From: an uncultured Ignavibacteriales bacterium
GTDB lineage: Bacteria; Zixibacteria; MSB-5A5; GN15; FEB-12
Reading direction: 5' to 3'
Assembly (NCBI GenBank): GCA_964464605.1
Contig: CAYXJN010000001.1
Location: 379,068 to 443,067, forward strand
Length of the DNA: 64,000 bases
A program made the position numbers and the translations under genes. Positions 28,433 to 38,171 of this stretch are shown here, piece by piece; position 1 is the first letter of the stretch, and every line of letters starts with the position of its first letter. The notes beneath the pieces were generated by a model that had not been told where the DNA came from, made no database searches, and worked only from the letters and a program-made list of their open reading frames with translations.

Positions 28433-29404
28433 TTACTTTTGAAAAGCAGCGACGCCGTTGGCCTGTTTGCTCTGCTCGAATTTCTTTTTAAAGAAATCGA
28501 CTGTCTTGCGCAAACCGGCATCGAAATCGACTTCCACGCGGTAGCCATGTGATTTCAATTTTTCGATATCCGCAAAGGAATGGCGAATATCCCCGGCGCG
28601 CGGTTCGGCATATTGCGCGGCGATGTTCACACCCAAAATCGCGCGTAAACGATCGAGTAATTGATTCAGTGTATATTGTCCGCCGCAGGCGACGTTAAAG
28701 TAATCGCCGACCATACTGTCAGTCGTCGCAGCCAGAATATTTGCCTGCACGCAGTTGTCGATGTAGGTGAAATCGCGGGATTGTTCTCCATCACCAAACA
28801 CTGTCGGCGCTTTGCCTTCTAAAAAGCGAGTAATGAATTTCGGGACGACCGCCGCATAATCAGAATCCGGGTCCTGTTTCGGCCCGAAGATATTAAAGTA
28901 GCGGAGCGCTACCGTCGGAAACTTGTACAGCTCCCAATAGACTTTACAGTAGTATTCACCGGTCAGCTTGTTGACGGCATAGGGGGAAAGCGGGCTGGGA
29001 ACCATCCCTTCATGTTTGGGCAGTTCTTCAGACTCGCCGTAAATCGATGATGAAGAGGCAAAGACCAGTTTCTTGACTTTGGCCTGACGAGAGGCTTCCA
29101 ACATGTTCAAAGTCCCGTCAATATTGACTACATTTGCCGTCAGTGGGTTTTCGATAGAACGCGGGACAGAAGGCAACGCCGCCTGGTGGAATACATAATC
29201 CACCCCGGCCACGGCTTTGGCAACTGTCCAGTAATCCCGAATATCCCCTTCGATAATTTCGATGTTACCGGTTAGGGATTCGACATTTTCCCAATATCCC
29301 GATGAAAAGTTATCCAGAACCCGTACCGAATGTCCCTGGGAGAGCAAAGTAGACGCAATGTTAGAGCCGATAAATCCGCCGCCGCCGGTAACAAGACATT
29401 TCAT
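28433..29404 (-). CDS. NAD-dependent nucleotide-sugar epimerase/dehydratase (extended SDR, WbpP-like)
   Basis: TGGGGFIG, HQAALPSVPRS, SPYAVNK, LRYFNIFGP, GDGEQSRDFTY. Confidence 0.9.
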   Translation of the reverse strand: MKCLVTGGGGFIGSNIASTLLSQGHSVRVLDNFSSGYWENVESLTGNIEIIEGDIRDYWTVAKAVAGVDYVFHQAALPSVPRSIENPLTANVVNIDGTLNMLEASRQAKVKKLVFASSSSIYGESEELPKHEGMVPSPLSPYAVNKLTGEYYCKVYWELYKFPTVALRYFNIFGPKQDPDSDYAAVVPKFITRFLEGKAPTVFGDGEQSRDFTYIDNCVQANILAATTDSMVGDYFNVACGGQYTLNQLLDRLRAILGVNIAAQYAEPRAGDIRHSFADIEKLKSHGYRVEVDFDAGLRKTVDFFKKKFEQSKQANGVAAFQK

Positions 29405-29664
29405 ATTTCTGTATCCATTATCCTTTTCGAGTTTTAGTCTTTATCGGTATTCGCAGACCGTTTGTTGACTCGCCATCTTACCGCAACGCTAACGGTTACG
29501 TAGGGACTGGCAAGGGCTAAGCCGAACCAGAATATCGGTTTTCGGCCTCAAAGTCCAGCAAATCTTGGGGTTTCGGAGCCCCGATGTTTTTGGAAACAGT
29601 CCGGCTTTTCCCCCGTATATCAAGGAAGAATGAACAAACAGTCTACAAAACAGGAGACTTTGGT

Positions 29665-30783
29665 ATGAAACGCTGGACTATGCTCGCGGTAGCTTGTCTG
29701 ACCGGGCTGTCGCTAACAGTAATTGATTCATCCCCCACGCAGGCGAAGTCATATCGGAACCATGCTAAAGGCTGGCTTGGGGTGGAAGTACAGTCGGTTG
29801 ACGAAGATTTAGCAAAAGCATACAAACTCAAAACTGAAACCGGGGTCATCATTAATGAAGTTGAACCGGATTCCCCGGCTGAAGAAGCAGGTCTGAAAGA
29901 ATCCGATATCATTATCCGGGTGAACAAGGAACGGATTGTCGATGCCGATGATCTAACCTGGACTATCGGCGACATGAACCCGGGCGAAAAAGCGACTGTT
30001 ACCTTTATTCGTGACGGCAAAGAACAAACAGCCGAAGTAACGCTGGAACGTCAGCGCACCCGTAAGCGCTATAATTCATCCGGTGCATGGTCAGGATCCT
30101 GGTCAGGCTGGGGACATGGTTATGCCATGCCGGATATGCCGCCGACCCCACCGACTCCCCCCACACCTCCCACCCCGCCGACACCGGCTTATCCGCGCTG
30201 GGGAAGCAACGCCGGTTTTTCTATGTTTGGCGATCACTACCGCTTTGACGGATGCGGTATGCAGGTGATAGAATTGACCCGCGGGTTGGAAGAATACCTC
30301 GGCGTTACTGAAAAGTACGGCGTATTTGTTGTCGATGTCGAAAAACGCTCCGAGGCGGCCGGAGCCGGAATCAAAGCCGGTGATGTGCTTTTGAAAGTGG
30401 ATAAAGAATCACTCTACGAACCGGACGATTTGTTGGAAGCGTTATCGGATATGGATGAAGGGGACACGGTAACCTTTTCGATTATTCGTGATCGCAAACC
30501 GATGACAATCAAAATGGAGATCGAAGATGCACCGGGTCGCTTTAACTATTTCTCCGGCCGCGCACCGCGGGTGCATGGATTGTATTGGGACGATGCCGAT
30601 GCGGCCTACGCCCTGGATCTTGGCGCATTGACCGGTAGTGTTAACCGCAGTTTAAAAAGCCTGAAAGAATTAGAACATCTGCGCGACTATAAAGGAATGA
30701 GCGATGAAGATATACAGAAACTTCAGGCTGAAATGGATCGTCTTCGTGCCAAACTGGAAGAATTAGAAGCGAAGATGAAGTAA
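29665..30783 (+). CDS. secreted double-PDZ protein without protease domain
   Basis: AGGAG RBS, signal peptide, GWLGV..SPAEEAGLKESDII and second AGIKAGDVLL PDZ, C-terminal coiled coil. Confidence 0.85.
   Translation: MKRWTMLAVACLTGLSLTVIDSSPTQAKSYRNHAKGWLGVEVQSVDEDLAKAYKLKTETGVIINEVEPDSPAEEAGLKESDIIIRVNKERIVDADDLTWTIGDMNPGEKATVTFIRDGKEQTAEVTLERQRTRKRYNSSGAWSGSWSGWGHGYAMPDMPPTPPTPPTPPTPPTPAYPRWGSNAGFSMFGDHYRFDGCGMQVIELTRGLEEYLGVTEKYGVFVVDVEKRSEAAGAGIKAGDVLLKVDKESLYEPDDLLEALSDMDEGDTVTFSIIRDRKPMTIKMEIEDAPGRFNYFSGRAPRVHGLYWDDADAAYALDLGALTGSVNRSLKSLKELEHLRDYKGMSDEDIQKLQAEMDRLRAKLEELEAKMK
30139..30183 (+). repeat. (PPT)5 coding repeat
   Basis: PPTPPTPPTPPTPPT with synonymous variation, between the PDZ domains. 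Confidence 0.85.
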
Positions 30784-30814
30784 GCTCTTTAGCTCTTAGC
30801 ATATAGCAATCGAA

Positions 30815-30844
30815 GAAAACGCTCCGCCGCCACGGAGCGTTTTC
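30815..30844 (+). terminator. intrinsic terminator
   Basis: GAAAACGCTCCG/CGGAGCGTTTTC. Confidence 0.75.
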
Positions 30845-30892
30845 AGTTTGTTACTTGCTGTTCATAAGCCGGCTGCGCTATATTATTTGTGC

Positions 30893-31864
30893 ATGGCAAT
30901 TTGTACCGTTGAAAAACTCTTTGTTGCCCGAAACCGTGATCTTGAACTCACGCTGTTGAACACGACTCAAAACGGATTCAAAAAAGAGATTCTTACTGCC
31001 GAGCTTCATCGTCCCGGTCTTGCCCTGACCGGTTTTACCGAACGATTCCCCCACAAACGAATCCAGATACTTGGCGAAACGGAAATGGCTTTTCTTGGCC
31101 AGCTTTCCCCGGAACGTCTGGTGGAAGTTTCCGAGCTTCTTTTTGCCACAGAGATTCCGACGCTGATTATCAGCAAGGCTATTACGCCGCCGCTCATGTT
31201 TTTGACTATCGCCGACAAATACAACACCTGTGTTTTTTCCAGCCGCTTAACCACTACCGTTTTGGTTACGCGATTGGGTGCATTCTTGGATAATTTCTTT
31301 GCCCCCTCAACCAATGTGCACGGTTCACTGGTCGACGTGTACGGTGTCGGGCTTTTGTACACGGGTAAATCCGGAATCGGAAAGTCGGAAGTCGCGCTTG
31401 ATTTAGTCGAACGGGGTCACCGACTGGTGGCGGATGATATGGTCAAGATTACGCGCACAGCGCCGGATGTTATCATCGGAACCGGCGCACCGGATTTCGG
31501 GCATCATATGGAAATTCGCGGTATCGGTATTATTGATATCGAAAAGCTTTTTGGTATTCGCTCCATTCGCCTACAAAAACGTATTGAAGTGGAAGTGCAT
31601 TTGACCTATTGGTCGGAGGCGGCGCAGTACGAACGATTGGGGCTGGATGAAAAGAAAACCAGCGTTTTGGGGGTGGAAATCCCGATTGTCAATGTCCCTA
31701 TTTCCCCGGGTAAAAATATCACCGTAATCTCGGAAGTTATCGCCATGAACCATATGCTCAAAGTGTATGGGGAAAACTCGGCGCTTGAATTCAGTAAAAA
31801 GCTCGCCCGCCGGTTAAGCCGGCAATCCATGACCGAAGAATATCTGGAATCTGACTTCGAATAA
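30893..31864 (+). CDS. hprK: HPr kinase/phosphorylase
   Basis: RPGLALTGF, RIQILGETE, GKSGIGKSEVALDLVERGHRLVADD, HHMEIRGIGII; ATG 30893 after TATATT. Confidence 0.95.
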   Translation: MAICTVEKLFVARNRDLELTLLNTTQNGFKKEILTAELHRPGLALTGFTERFPHKRIQILGETEMAFLGQLSPERLVEVSELLFATEIPTLIISKAITPPLMFLTIADKYNTCVFSSRLTTTVLVTRLGAFLDNFFAPSTNVHGSLVDVYGVGLLYTGKSGIGKSEVALDLVERGHRLVADDMVKITRTAPDVIIGTGAPDFGHHMEIRGIGIIDIEKLFGIRSIRLQKRIEVEVHLTYWSEAAQYERLGLDEKKTSVLGVEIPIVNVPISPGKNITVISEVIAMNHMLKVYGENSALEFSKKLARRLSRQSMTEEYLESDFE

Positions 31865-31991
31865 GCGGTTTTTTAGCGGCAAAACTGCCACTTGGCAAAA
31901 ACGGGAAAAAAGAGTATGCTTCCTGTCTTTGCCGGTTGGGAACCCCAGCAATACCGGTCAGTACAATGCTTTATCGGAGGAATGTAGTACA

Positions 31992-33722
31992 ATGAAGTCA
32001 GTTCGTGTATATGCGTTGTTTGCGCTGGTACTCTGCTTTTTTGCCTGTTTAGTGGGCTGCAGCACGTCAAACGACACTGTTGTTGCCGAAGTAGGCGACT
32101 ATGATATCACCGTGCAGGAATTCAAAGATTACTTTGAAAACCGTCGAATGTCGTTCACCTCGGCGCAGGATGAATTCACGCAAAAACGGGCGTTTTTGGA
32201 CAGTATGATTGACAGCCGCCTGTTAACGCTTGAAGCATACAAACACGGCATCGATAAATCCGAAGAGCTTACCCGCGCCGTGCTGGCCAACCGGGATAAA
32301 TTCCTTTTGGATGCATTGTACAACAAAGAAATCGCGAGTAAAACTACCGTTACCGATGCGGAAATCAAAGAATACTACGACAATCTGAAATTCCAGGTGC
32401 GGGCATCGCATATTTTGGTCGCGAACGAGGATACAGCCAAGGCGCTTTTGAACCGGATCAAAGCCGGTGAAAATTTCGAACAGTTAGCGTATGATTACTC
32501 GCTTGATTCCAACGCCAAGCGAACCAAAGGTGACTTAGGTTATTTTGTCTGGGGTTCGATGGTCGAAGAATTCCAGCAAGTTGCGTTCAAGATGCAACCC
32601 GGAGAAATCAGCCCGCCGGTCAAAACGCCGTATGGCTTTCATATTATCAAGCTCGTCGATCGCATCGCGAACGACGCACTCGGTACGCTGGAAGAAAGCC
32701 GTAAAGAAATCGAAACGCAGATTCAAAATCGCAAGCGTATGGACCTGACCCGTACGTATATGGAAACTATCCGTGAAAAGTATGCAGTGACAGTCGATAC
32801 CGTAACCTGCCAATATCTGTTCCACAAGCGGGAGCAGTTGTACCCGCCGCAAATTGTTTCAGAACTTCCGCGCAATGATTTTGATATCGAACAATTGGAC
32901 CGCAACGAACGGGAATTAGTGATCGCAACCTGGGAAGGGGGTCAGTTAACGCTCGGCGGCTATCTTGATTTGATCAAGCAGGTTCCGCCGCAAATGAAAC
33001 CGAGTTTGGACAGTTATGATTCGTTACGGACCTTTATTTTCCTGCTCAAGCAGGAAGATATTCTTGCCGCCGAAGCGCTAAGAAACGGTATGGATAACGA
33101 CCCTCGGTATGTGCGAAAAGTCAAGCTGTTTAAGGATTTGACAATGGCGGATATCATGAAAAATGATTCGATAAAGATTACCGAATTGCCGCCCGATTCT
33201 ATTTTGTATGGCTATTATCATGCCAACATCGATCAGTTTAGCCATCCGGGAAAGATTCATGTATACGAGATTCTGCTTTCAGATGAGTTAAAAGCGAAGC
33301 AAATCAAAGAAACTGTTCGTTTGTTGAATGTGTTCCGTGACATGGCTATGGACTTGACGATGCGTAAAGGAAAACGTGAGAACGGCGGTGATTTGGGCTA
33401 TATTGAAAAAACTCAACTACCCGAAATTTATGCTGAAGCAGAAAAAACCCCGGTCGGTCGGATCGGCGGTCCGGTTGCTACCGGCATATTCTTCTCTGTC
33501 TTTTACGTGGTAGATAAAATAGCTTCAAGTCCCAGAGATTATCTGGCTGTGAAACCGCAAATAGTCAACATTTTCCAGCAACAAGCCAAAGAGCAGGCGG
33601 TTCGCCAGCTTCTGGCTGATCAGCGGGCGGCAACGACAATTGAAGTGAAAGAAGATGCTATCTGGTCGACTATCGATAAGAATGCGTATCCGGCCGATGC
33701 ATCAAACGCGGCGAATAATTGA
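31992..33722 (+). CDS. parvulin-type peptidyl-prolyl isomerase lipoprotein (PrsA/SurA-like)
   Basis: Lipobox LVGC; VRASHILV..FEQLA..GDLGYF..PVKTPYGFHIIK; second GGDLGY domain; GGAGG RBS. Confidence 0.9.
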   Translation: MKSVRVYALFALVLCFFACLVGCSTSNDTVVAEVGDYDITVQEFKDYFENRRMSFTSAQDEFTQKRAFLDSMIDSRLLTLEAYKHGIDKSEELTRAVLANRDKFLLDALYNKEIASKTTVTDAEIKEYYDNLKFQVRASHILVANEDTAKALLNRIKAGENFEQLAYDYSLDSNAKRTKGDLGYFVWGSMVEEFQQVAFKMQPGEISPPVKTPYGFHIIKLVDRIANDALGTLEESRKEIETQIQNRKRMDLTRTYMETIREKYAVTVDTVTCQYLFHKREQLYPPQIVSELPRNDFDIEQLDRNERELVIATWEGGQLTLGGYLDLIKQVPPQMKPSLDSYDSLRTFIFLLKQEDILAAEALRNGMDNDPRYVRKVKLFKDLTMADIMKNDSIKITELPPDSILYGYYHANIDQFSHPGKIHVYEILLSDELKAKQIKETVRLLNVFRDMAMDLTMRKGKRENGGDLGYIEKTQLPEIYAEAEKTPVGRIGGPVATGIFFSVFYVVDKIASSPRDYLAVKPQIVNIFQQQAKEQAVRQLLADQRAATTIEVKEDAIWSTIDKNAYPADASNAANN

Positions 33723-35047
33723 TTCTGTTACCTGTGCGTACATTGCGAAATAGCCTTTTCCTGCTTCTGGCACTGACAGCGGCAGGCACCTCTGCGCAAA
33801 CAACTCCTGATAAAGGGATAGTTGACCGCATTGTCGCCATTGTCGGCGATACGGTCATTCTTGCCTCCGAGCTTGAGATGCAGATCCAGTTGTATATGCT
33901 GCAGAATCGCCAGAAAATAACCAGCGAAGCCCAGGCACATGAAATTCAGAAGAGTATTTTGGATGACATGATCAATGAGCAGCTTTTCATCGCGGCGGCA
34001 AAAGAGGATACGACTATTCAGGTTCGTGATGAAGAAATCGAAGCTTCGATTGATGAGCAAATTGCCCGCATAAGCAAAAATTTCCCTTCCAATGAAGAGT
34101 TTCTTGCGGCGTTGAACTCTGAAAATATGACGCTTCGGGATCTGCGAAAGCGATATCGGGACGGAACGGCAAACCAGTTGCTCAAACAACGCGCCATGCA
34201 GCGCAGGTTTTATTCTGTGTCGGTCTCCAAACGTGAAGTAGAGGAGTATTACCGCACATTCAAAGACTCGCTTCCTTCCCAGCCGGAGGCCGCCCGCCTT
34301 GCCCGGATTGTATTGACCGTTAAACCAAGCAAAAAGGTAGAAGATTCCATCAAAGCAGAGGCGGCTGCATTGCGTGACAAAGTTCTAAAGGGAGCTGATT
34401 TTGCGACTCTTTCTTCCCATTACTCCATGCCCGGTGTACGGGAAAATGGCGGCGATTTAGGATTTATGTCCCGTGAAGATGTCGTTCCGGAATTCAGCAG
34501 AGCGGCGTTTCTGCTCGAACCGGGTGGTATTTCACCGGTCGTTCGAACGGAATTCGGCTACCATGTCATCAAATGCGAAGACAAACGGGGAGAACAACTG
34601 CATTTACGGCATATTCTTCTGGCAGTTACTCCGACTCAGGAAGACACCGTCCGCGTTATGCGGCTTGGTGATTCGCTGGTAACGCTCATTAAAAATGGAT
34701 CGGACTTTGCCGAACTGGCTAAAGCGTTTTCCGATGACAACGAAAGCCGGGCTCAGGGTGGGGAAATCGGCTGGGTTTCTATTCCGGAATTACCGGCGGA
34801 CATGGTGTCGCAGGTAAAAGGATGGACAACAATCGGAGAAGTGCGCGGGCCGATTCTCAGCGCCAACGGCGTGCAAATCCTGAAATTGCTGGAACAATCT
34901 CCCGAAAAGATTTTTTCTCTCGAAACCGATTTCGATCGCATTAAAGACTTCGCCCGTCAGGATAAAGCCGGTCATCAGGTAGACCAGTGGCTTGCCGAGC
35001 TTCGCAAGCGCACCTACGTCGAAACCCGACTCGACGATGCGAATTGA
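33719..35047 (+). CDS. surA: SurA-like periplasmic chaperone/PPIase
   Basis: VDRIVAIVGDTVIL N-domain; two parvulin domains; start uncertain. Confidence 0.85.
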   Translation: MILLPVRTLRNSLFLLLALTAAGTSAQTTPDKGIVDRIVAIVGDTVILASELEMQIQLYMLQNRQKITSEAQAHEIQKSILDDMINEQLFIAAAKEDTTIQVRDEEIEASIDEQIARISKNFPSNEEFLAALNSENMTLRDLRKRYRDGTANQLLKQRAMQRRFYSVSVSKREVEEYYRTFKDSLPSQPEAARLARIVLTVKPSKKVEDSIKAEAAALRDKVLKGADFATLSSHYSMPGVRENGGDLGFMSREDVVPEFSRAAFLLEPGGISPVVRTEFGYHVIKCEDKRGEQLHLRHILLAVTPTQEDTVRVMRLGDSLVTLIKNGSDFAELAKAFSDDNESRAQGGEIGWVSIPELPADMVSQVKGWTTIGEVRGPILSANGVQILKLLEQSPEKIFSLETDFDRIKDFARQDKAGHQVDQWLAELRKRTYVETRLDDAN

Positions 35048-35276
35048 TGATTTCCTTTCAACGTTAGGTGTAATTACTCGTCGTACCGAGGCAAAACGGC
35101 TGGCCGACTCCGGCATGATAGAAGTAAACGGCCGGGTTATAAAACCGTCGTACGATGTCAGGGTTAACGATGTTGTTCGAGTCAAAGGATCGCATCCGAT
35201 TTCGTTGGAAATACTCGATGTTCCGCACAGATCAGTTGCAAAAACCGAAAGAAACCGGTATATCAAGTTACTCTAA
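35037..35276 (+). CDS. S4 RNA-binding domain protein (YabO/Hsp15-like)
   Basis: MRIDDFL..RRTEAK..G.IEVNG..KPSYDVRVND. Confidence 0.85.
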   Translation: MRIDDFLSTLGVITRRTEAKRLADSGMIEVNGRVIKPSYDVRVNDVVRVKGSHPISLEILDVPHRSVAKTERNRYIKLL

Positions 35277-35404
35277 GCAGGGAAGTTTTAGATCAGACGT
35301 GTGGTTTCACAAAGCACGTCACATTCTGTAGTTTAAAGTTTGACAGATAACGGCGTGGCTGCGCTATATTACGTTACGGTACGTTCTGTGCCGATACACA
35401 AACT

Positions 35405-38056
35405 ATGAGCCGTTCTGTAAGTCGTTATCATCTGAGTACCCTCATCTTCTGTCTTGTCACCAGCCAGGCAGCGGCTGTTTCCATTCGTGTTCCCACAACA
35501 GCGCCGACTATTCAATCGGCCGTCAGTATGGCTGCCACTGGCGATACAATTGTGCTGGCACCCGGAACCTACACCGGAAGCAGCAACCGCAACATTTCCA
35601 TGCAGGATAAACAATTGGTTTTCTTGGGCGAAGAAGGTCCGGAAAACACCATTATAGATTTGATAAATCTGTCCATTCCTGCTTTTCGGATGGATTCCGA
35701 TGATCCGGCGGGTACTGTTTTTCAAGGGATTACGATTCGCCATGCACAATCCGGATTGTTTATCGATGATGCAACCCCGTTGCTTACCAATATGCGGTTT
35801 GTCGACAACCATGTCGGCGTTTTCTATATCCGCTGGGATCAAAGCGACACGACCAAACGGCTGCAAATTCTCAATTCAGAATTCGTGTTCAACGATACGG
35901 GTATACACGCGGTATCCGGTTCCACCGCACTGGGGAAAATAGCGACCGTTGCCGGTTGTTCATTTACCGGCAATAACCGCGGACTCACGTATTATTCAAT
36001 CGAGCCGTCACCCGAGCGTTGTTTTGAAGTACATAATTCCCGCTTTGCCAATAATGAACGGGCAGTGGCATCATCTGATTATGTCTACTTCCCTGAACTT
36101 GTTTTTGACAGCTGCCAATTCGACAGCAATGAAACAGCACTTCAAAACAGTGTTACGGTTAGCAATTCGACATTTTTCGGTGGTGATGTCGCTGCCGAAG
36201 GTTTCTTATCCAGTCGAATCAAAATCAGTAACAGCCGATTTGAACAAGTTCGGAATGTCGTTTTAGAGTCGAACGTGTGGGGGAGAAACCATCAGTCACA
36301 GCCACCCTCTAATTTTGATCCTGGGTTCTTTTTGGAAAACTGTACGATTATCAATAACCCGGGTGCTATTGCCTCGTTGGGCGGGTTTATCGATGAAGAC
36401 CCGATCGGCGCGACCTTTACCGGCTGTTCATTTCAATACAATCAAGGCGGCATTACGGCGGTGGAAGGGCTGCACCGGCTTCGCTTTGAAAATTGTGTCT
36501 ATGCGCATAACGGAGATGGTCTTGAGGTACGCGGTTCCGGAACCGGATTAGAAATTATCGGCTGCACCTTTGCGGACAATATCGGTTCAGCGGTGAATTC
36601 CTGGCTTGAAGATTGGTCGGTCAACATCGAACGTTCTATTTTTTACAGCAACACCGGTCCCGGTATTCGCCTCAGTCATTTCGATTATGATTCTGCCTGG
36701 AGTATTTCCTGCTGCAATTTTTATAACAATAATAACGGAATGGGGGATTATAACGGAATACCGTCGCAAGATGGTCAAAACGGGAATATTTCGACCGACC
36801 CGTTTTTTTGTAATGCCCCCGCCGGCTTGTATTCGATCTATGGCAATTCTCCCTGTTCACCTCTGTTGAGTTCCTGCGGCCAGCTTGTGGGTGCGGTGTC
36901 CGTTGCCTGTGCTTATATGCAGTTAGATTCTCTGACTATCGACTCACTGACCGACAATCAACATGTCATTAATCAAACGCCATCGATCTTTTGGAATGGG
37001 CAGGACTCGCTTGCCGATGTACCCACGCAGGCGGAAGTAGAAGTGGGCAGCGATACTGTTTGGGATGTTGCCGAGTTATGGAATTCAGAAATGCTCCCGG
37101 TGAGTGACGGTTCTGTTCCGTATGCGGGAGCGCCGCTTGTTGATGGACAAACATATTACGTACGCGCTCGGATTTCGAACGGTCAGTATTGGACGGAGTG
37201 GAAAGAAACAACCTTTCGCATGAACACCGCTCCTTTCACACCGCAGCCGCTTTCACCGTCGCAGGTATCGATTTCTACGTTTGCGCCGACTCTTTGGGTG
37301 AGCAATGCTGCCGATGCGGAAGATGATCCGTTGAATTACCAGTTTGAATTGTTCAGCGATAGCGGGCTTACGACAATGGTAACGGGTATGTCGGTAGTGC
37401 AATCGCCCGATTCAACGGGATGGGTTGTTGATCCTGAGCTTGAAGAAAACGCTTACTACTGGTGGCGTGCCCGCGCCTATGATGGGTATGAAGGTTCAGG
37501 CTGGACTTTAAGCCAGCCGTTCTGGATAAACAATATGCCGGAAGTTCCAGCGGTGCCGACAACGGTCTATCCGCCCACACCGGCAGATTTTCCTGTTTTC
37601 GATATGCAGCCGATATTCAGATGGCTTCCGGTAACCGATCCGGATCCGTTCGACACGATCTATTACACGATTGAAGTTTCAACCGACTCACTGTTTGACA
37701 GCAGTATCGTTATCGATTCACTCAGCCAGCCGCAATACGCCAGTATCGATTCGTTAGTATTCCAGACGCAATATTGGTGGAAAGTGAGTGCGTTTGATCA
37801 AAACGGTCTTGGCACCGAAGCCATCGCGGCGTCATCGTTTTGGACCTGGACATTGGGTGATGTTAACCATAACCATACCGTAACGGTGAGCGATGTCACT
37901 ACCTTTGTCGGGTTTCTGTTTACCGGGATGGATACTATCGAACCACTTTTTGTGGGAGATATGAACGGTAATTGCCAGGTTAATATTCAGGATCTTACCT
38001 ACCTGATCGGTTATCTGTTCAGGGGCGGCCCGCAGCCGAAAATCGGATGTGACTGA
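35405..38056 (+). CDS. secreted right-handed beta-helix protein with three FN3-like modules and C-terminal dockerin
   Basis: VPT..TIQSAV..GDTIVLAPGTY beta-helix start; GNISTDPFFC; Y.WR.RA.DG repeats; GDVNHNHTVTVSDV..GDMNGNCQVNIQDLTYLIGYLF. Confidence 0.85.
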   Translation: MSRSVSRYHLSTLIFCLVTSQAAAVSIRVPTTAPTIQSAVSMAATGDTIVLAPGTYTGSSNRNISMQDKQLVFLGEEGPENTIIDLINLSIPAFRMDSDDPAGTVFQGITIRHAQSGLFIDDATPLLTNMRFVDNHVGVFYIRWDQSDTTKRLQILNSEFVFNDTGIHAVSGSTALGKIATVAGCSFTGNNRGLTYYSIEPSPERCFEVHNSRFANNERAVASSDYVYFPELVFDSCQFDSNETALQNSVTVSNSTFFGGDVAAEGFLSSRIKISNSRFEQVRNVVLESNVWGRNHQSQPPSNFDPGFFLENCTIINNPGAIASLGGFIDEDPIGATFTGCSFQYNQGGITAVEGLHRLRFENCVYAHNGDGLEVRGSGTGLEIIGCTFADNIGSAVNSWLEDWSVNIERSIFYSNTGPGIRLSHFDYDSAWSISCCNFYNNNNGMGDYNGIPSQDGQNGNISTDPFFCNAPAGLYSIYGNSPCSPLLSSCGQLVGAVSVACAYMQLDSLTIDSLTDNQHVINQTPSIFWNGQDSLADVPTQAEVEVGSDTVWDVAELWNSEMLPVSDGSVPYAGAPLVDGQTYYVRARISNGQYWTEWKETTFRMNTAPFTPQPLSPSQVSISTFAPTLWVSNAADAEDDPLNYQFELFSDSGLTTMVTGMSVVQSPDSTGWVVDPELEENAYYWWRARAYDGYEGSGWTLSQPFWINNMPEVPAVPTTVYPPTPADFPVFDMQPIFRWLPVTDPDPFDTIYYTIEVSTDSLFDSSIVIDSLSQPQYASIDSLVFQTQYWWKVSAFDQNGLGTEAIAASSFWTWTLGDVNHNHTVTVSDVTTFVGFLFTGMDTIEPLFVGDMNGNCQVNIQDLTYLIGYLFRGGPQPKIGCD

Positions 38057-38171
38057 CACTCGCTAAGAAGTCATTCTTTTCTCTTCGTTTCCTGCCTATA
38101 TTCTCTTTTTGTGAACCGCAATCGTTCGTCGATTGTTACAACGGTATGACAATTTTACAAAAGGACGGAAT

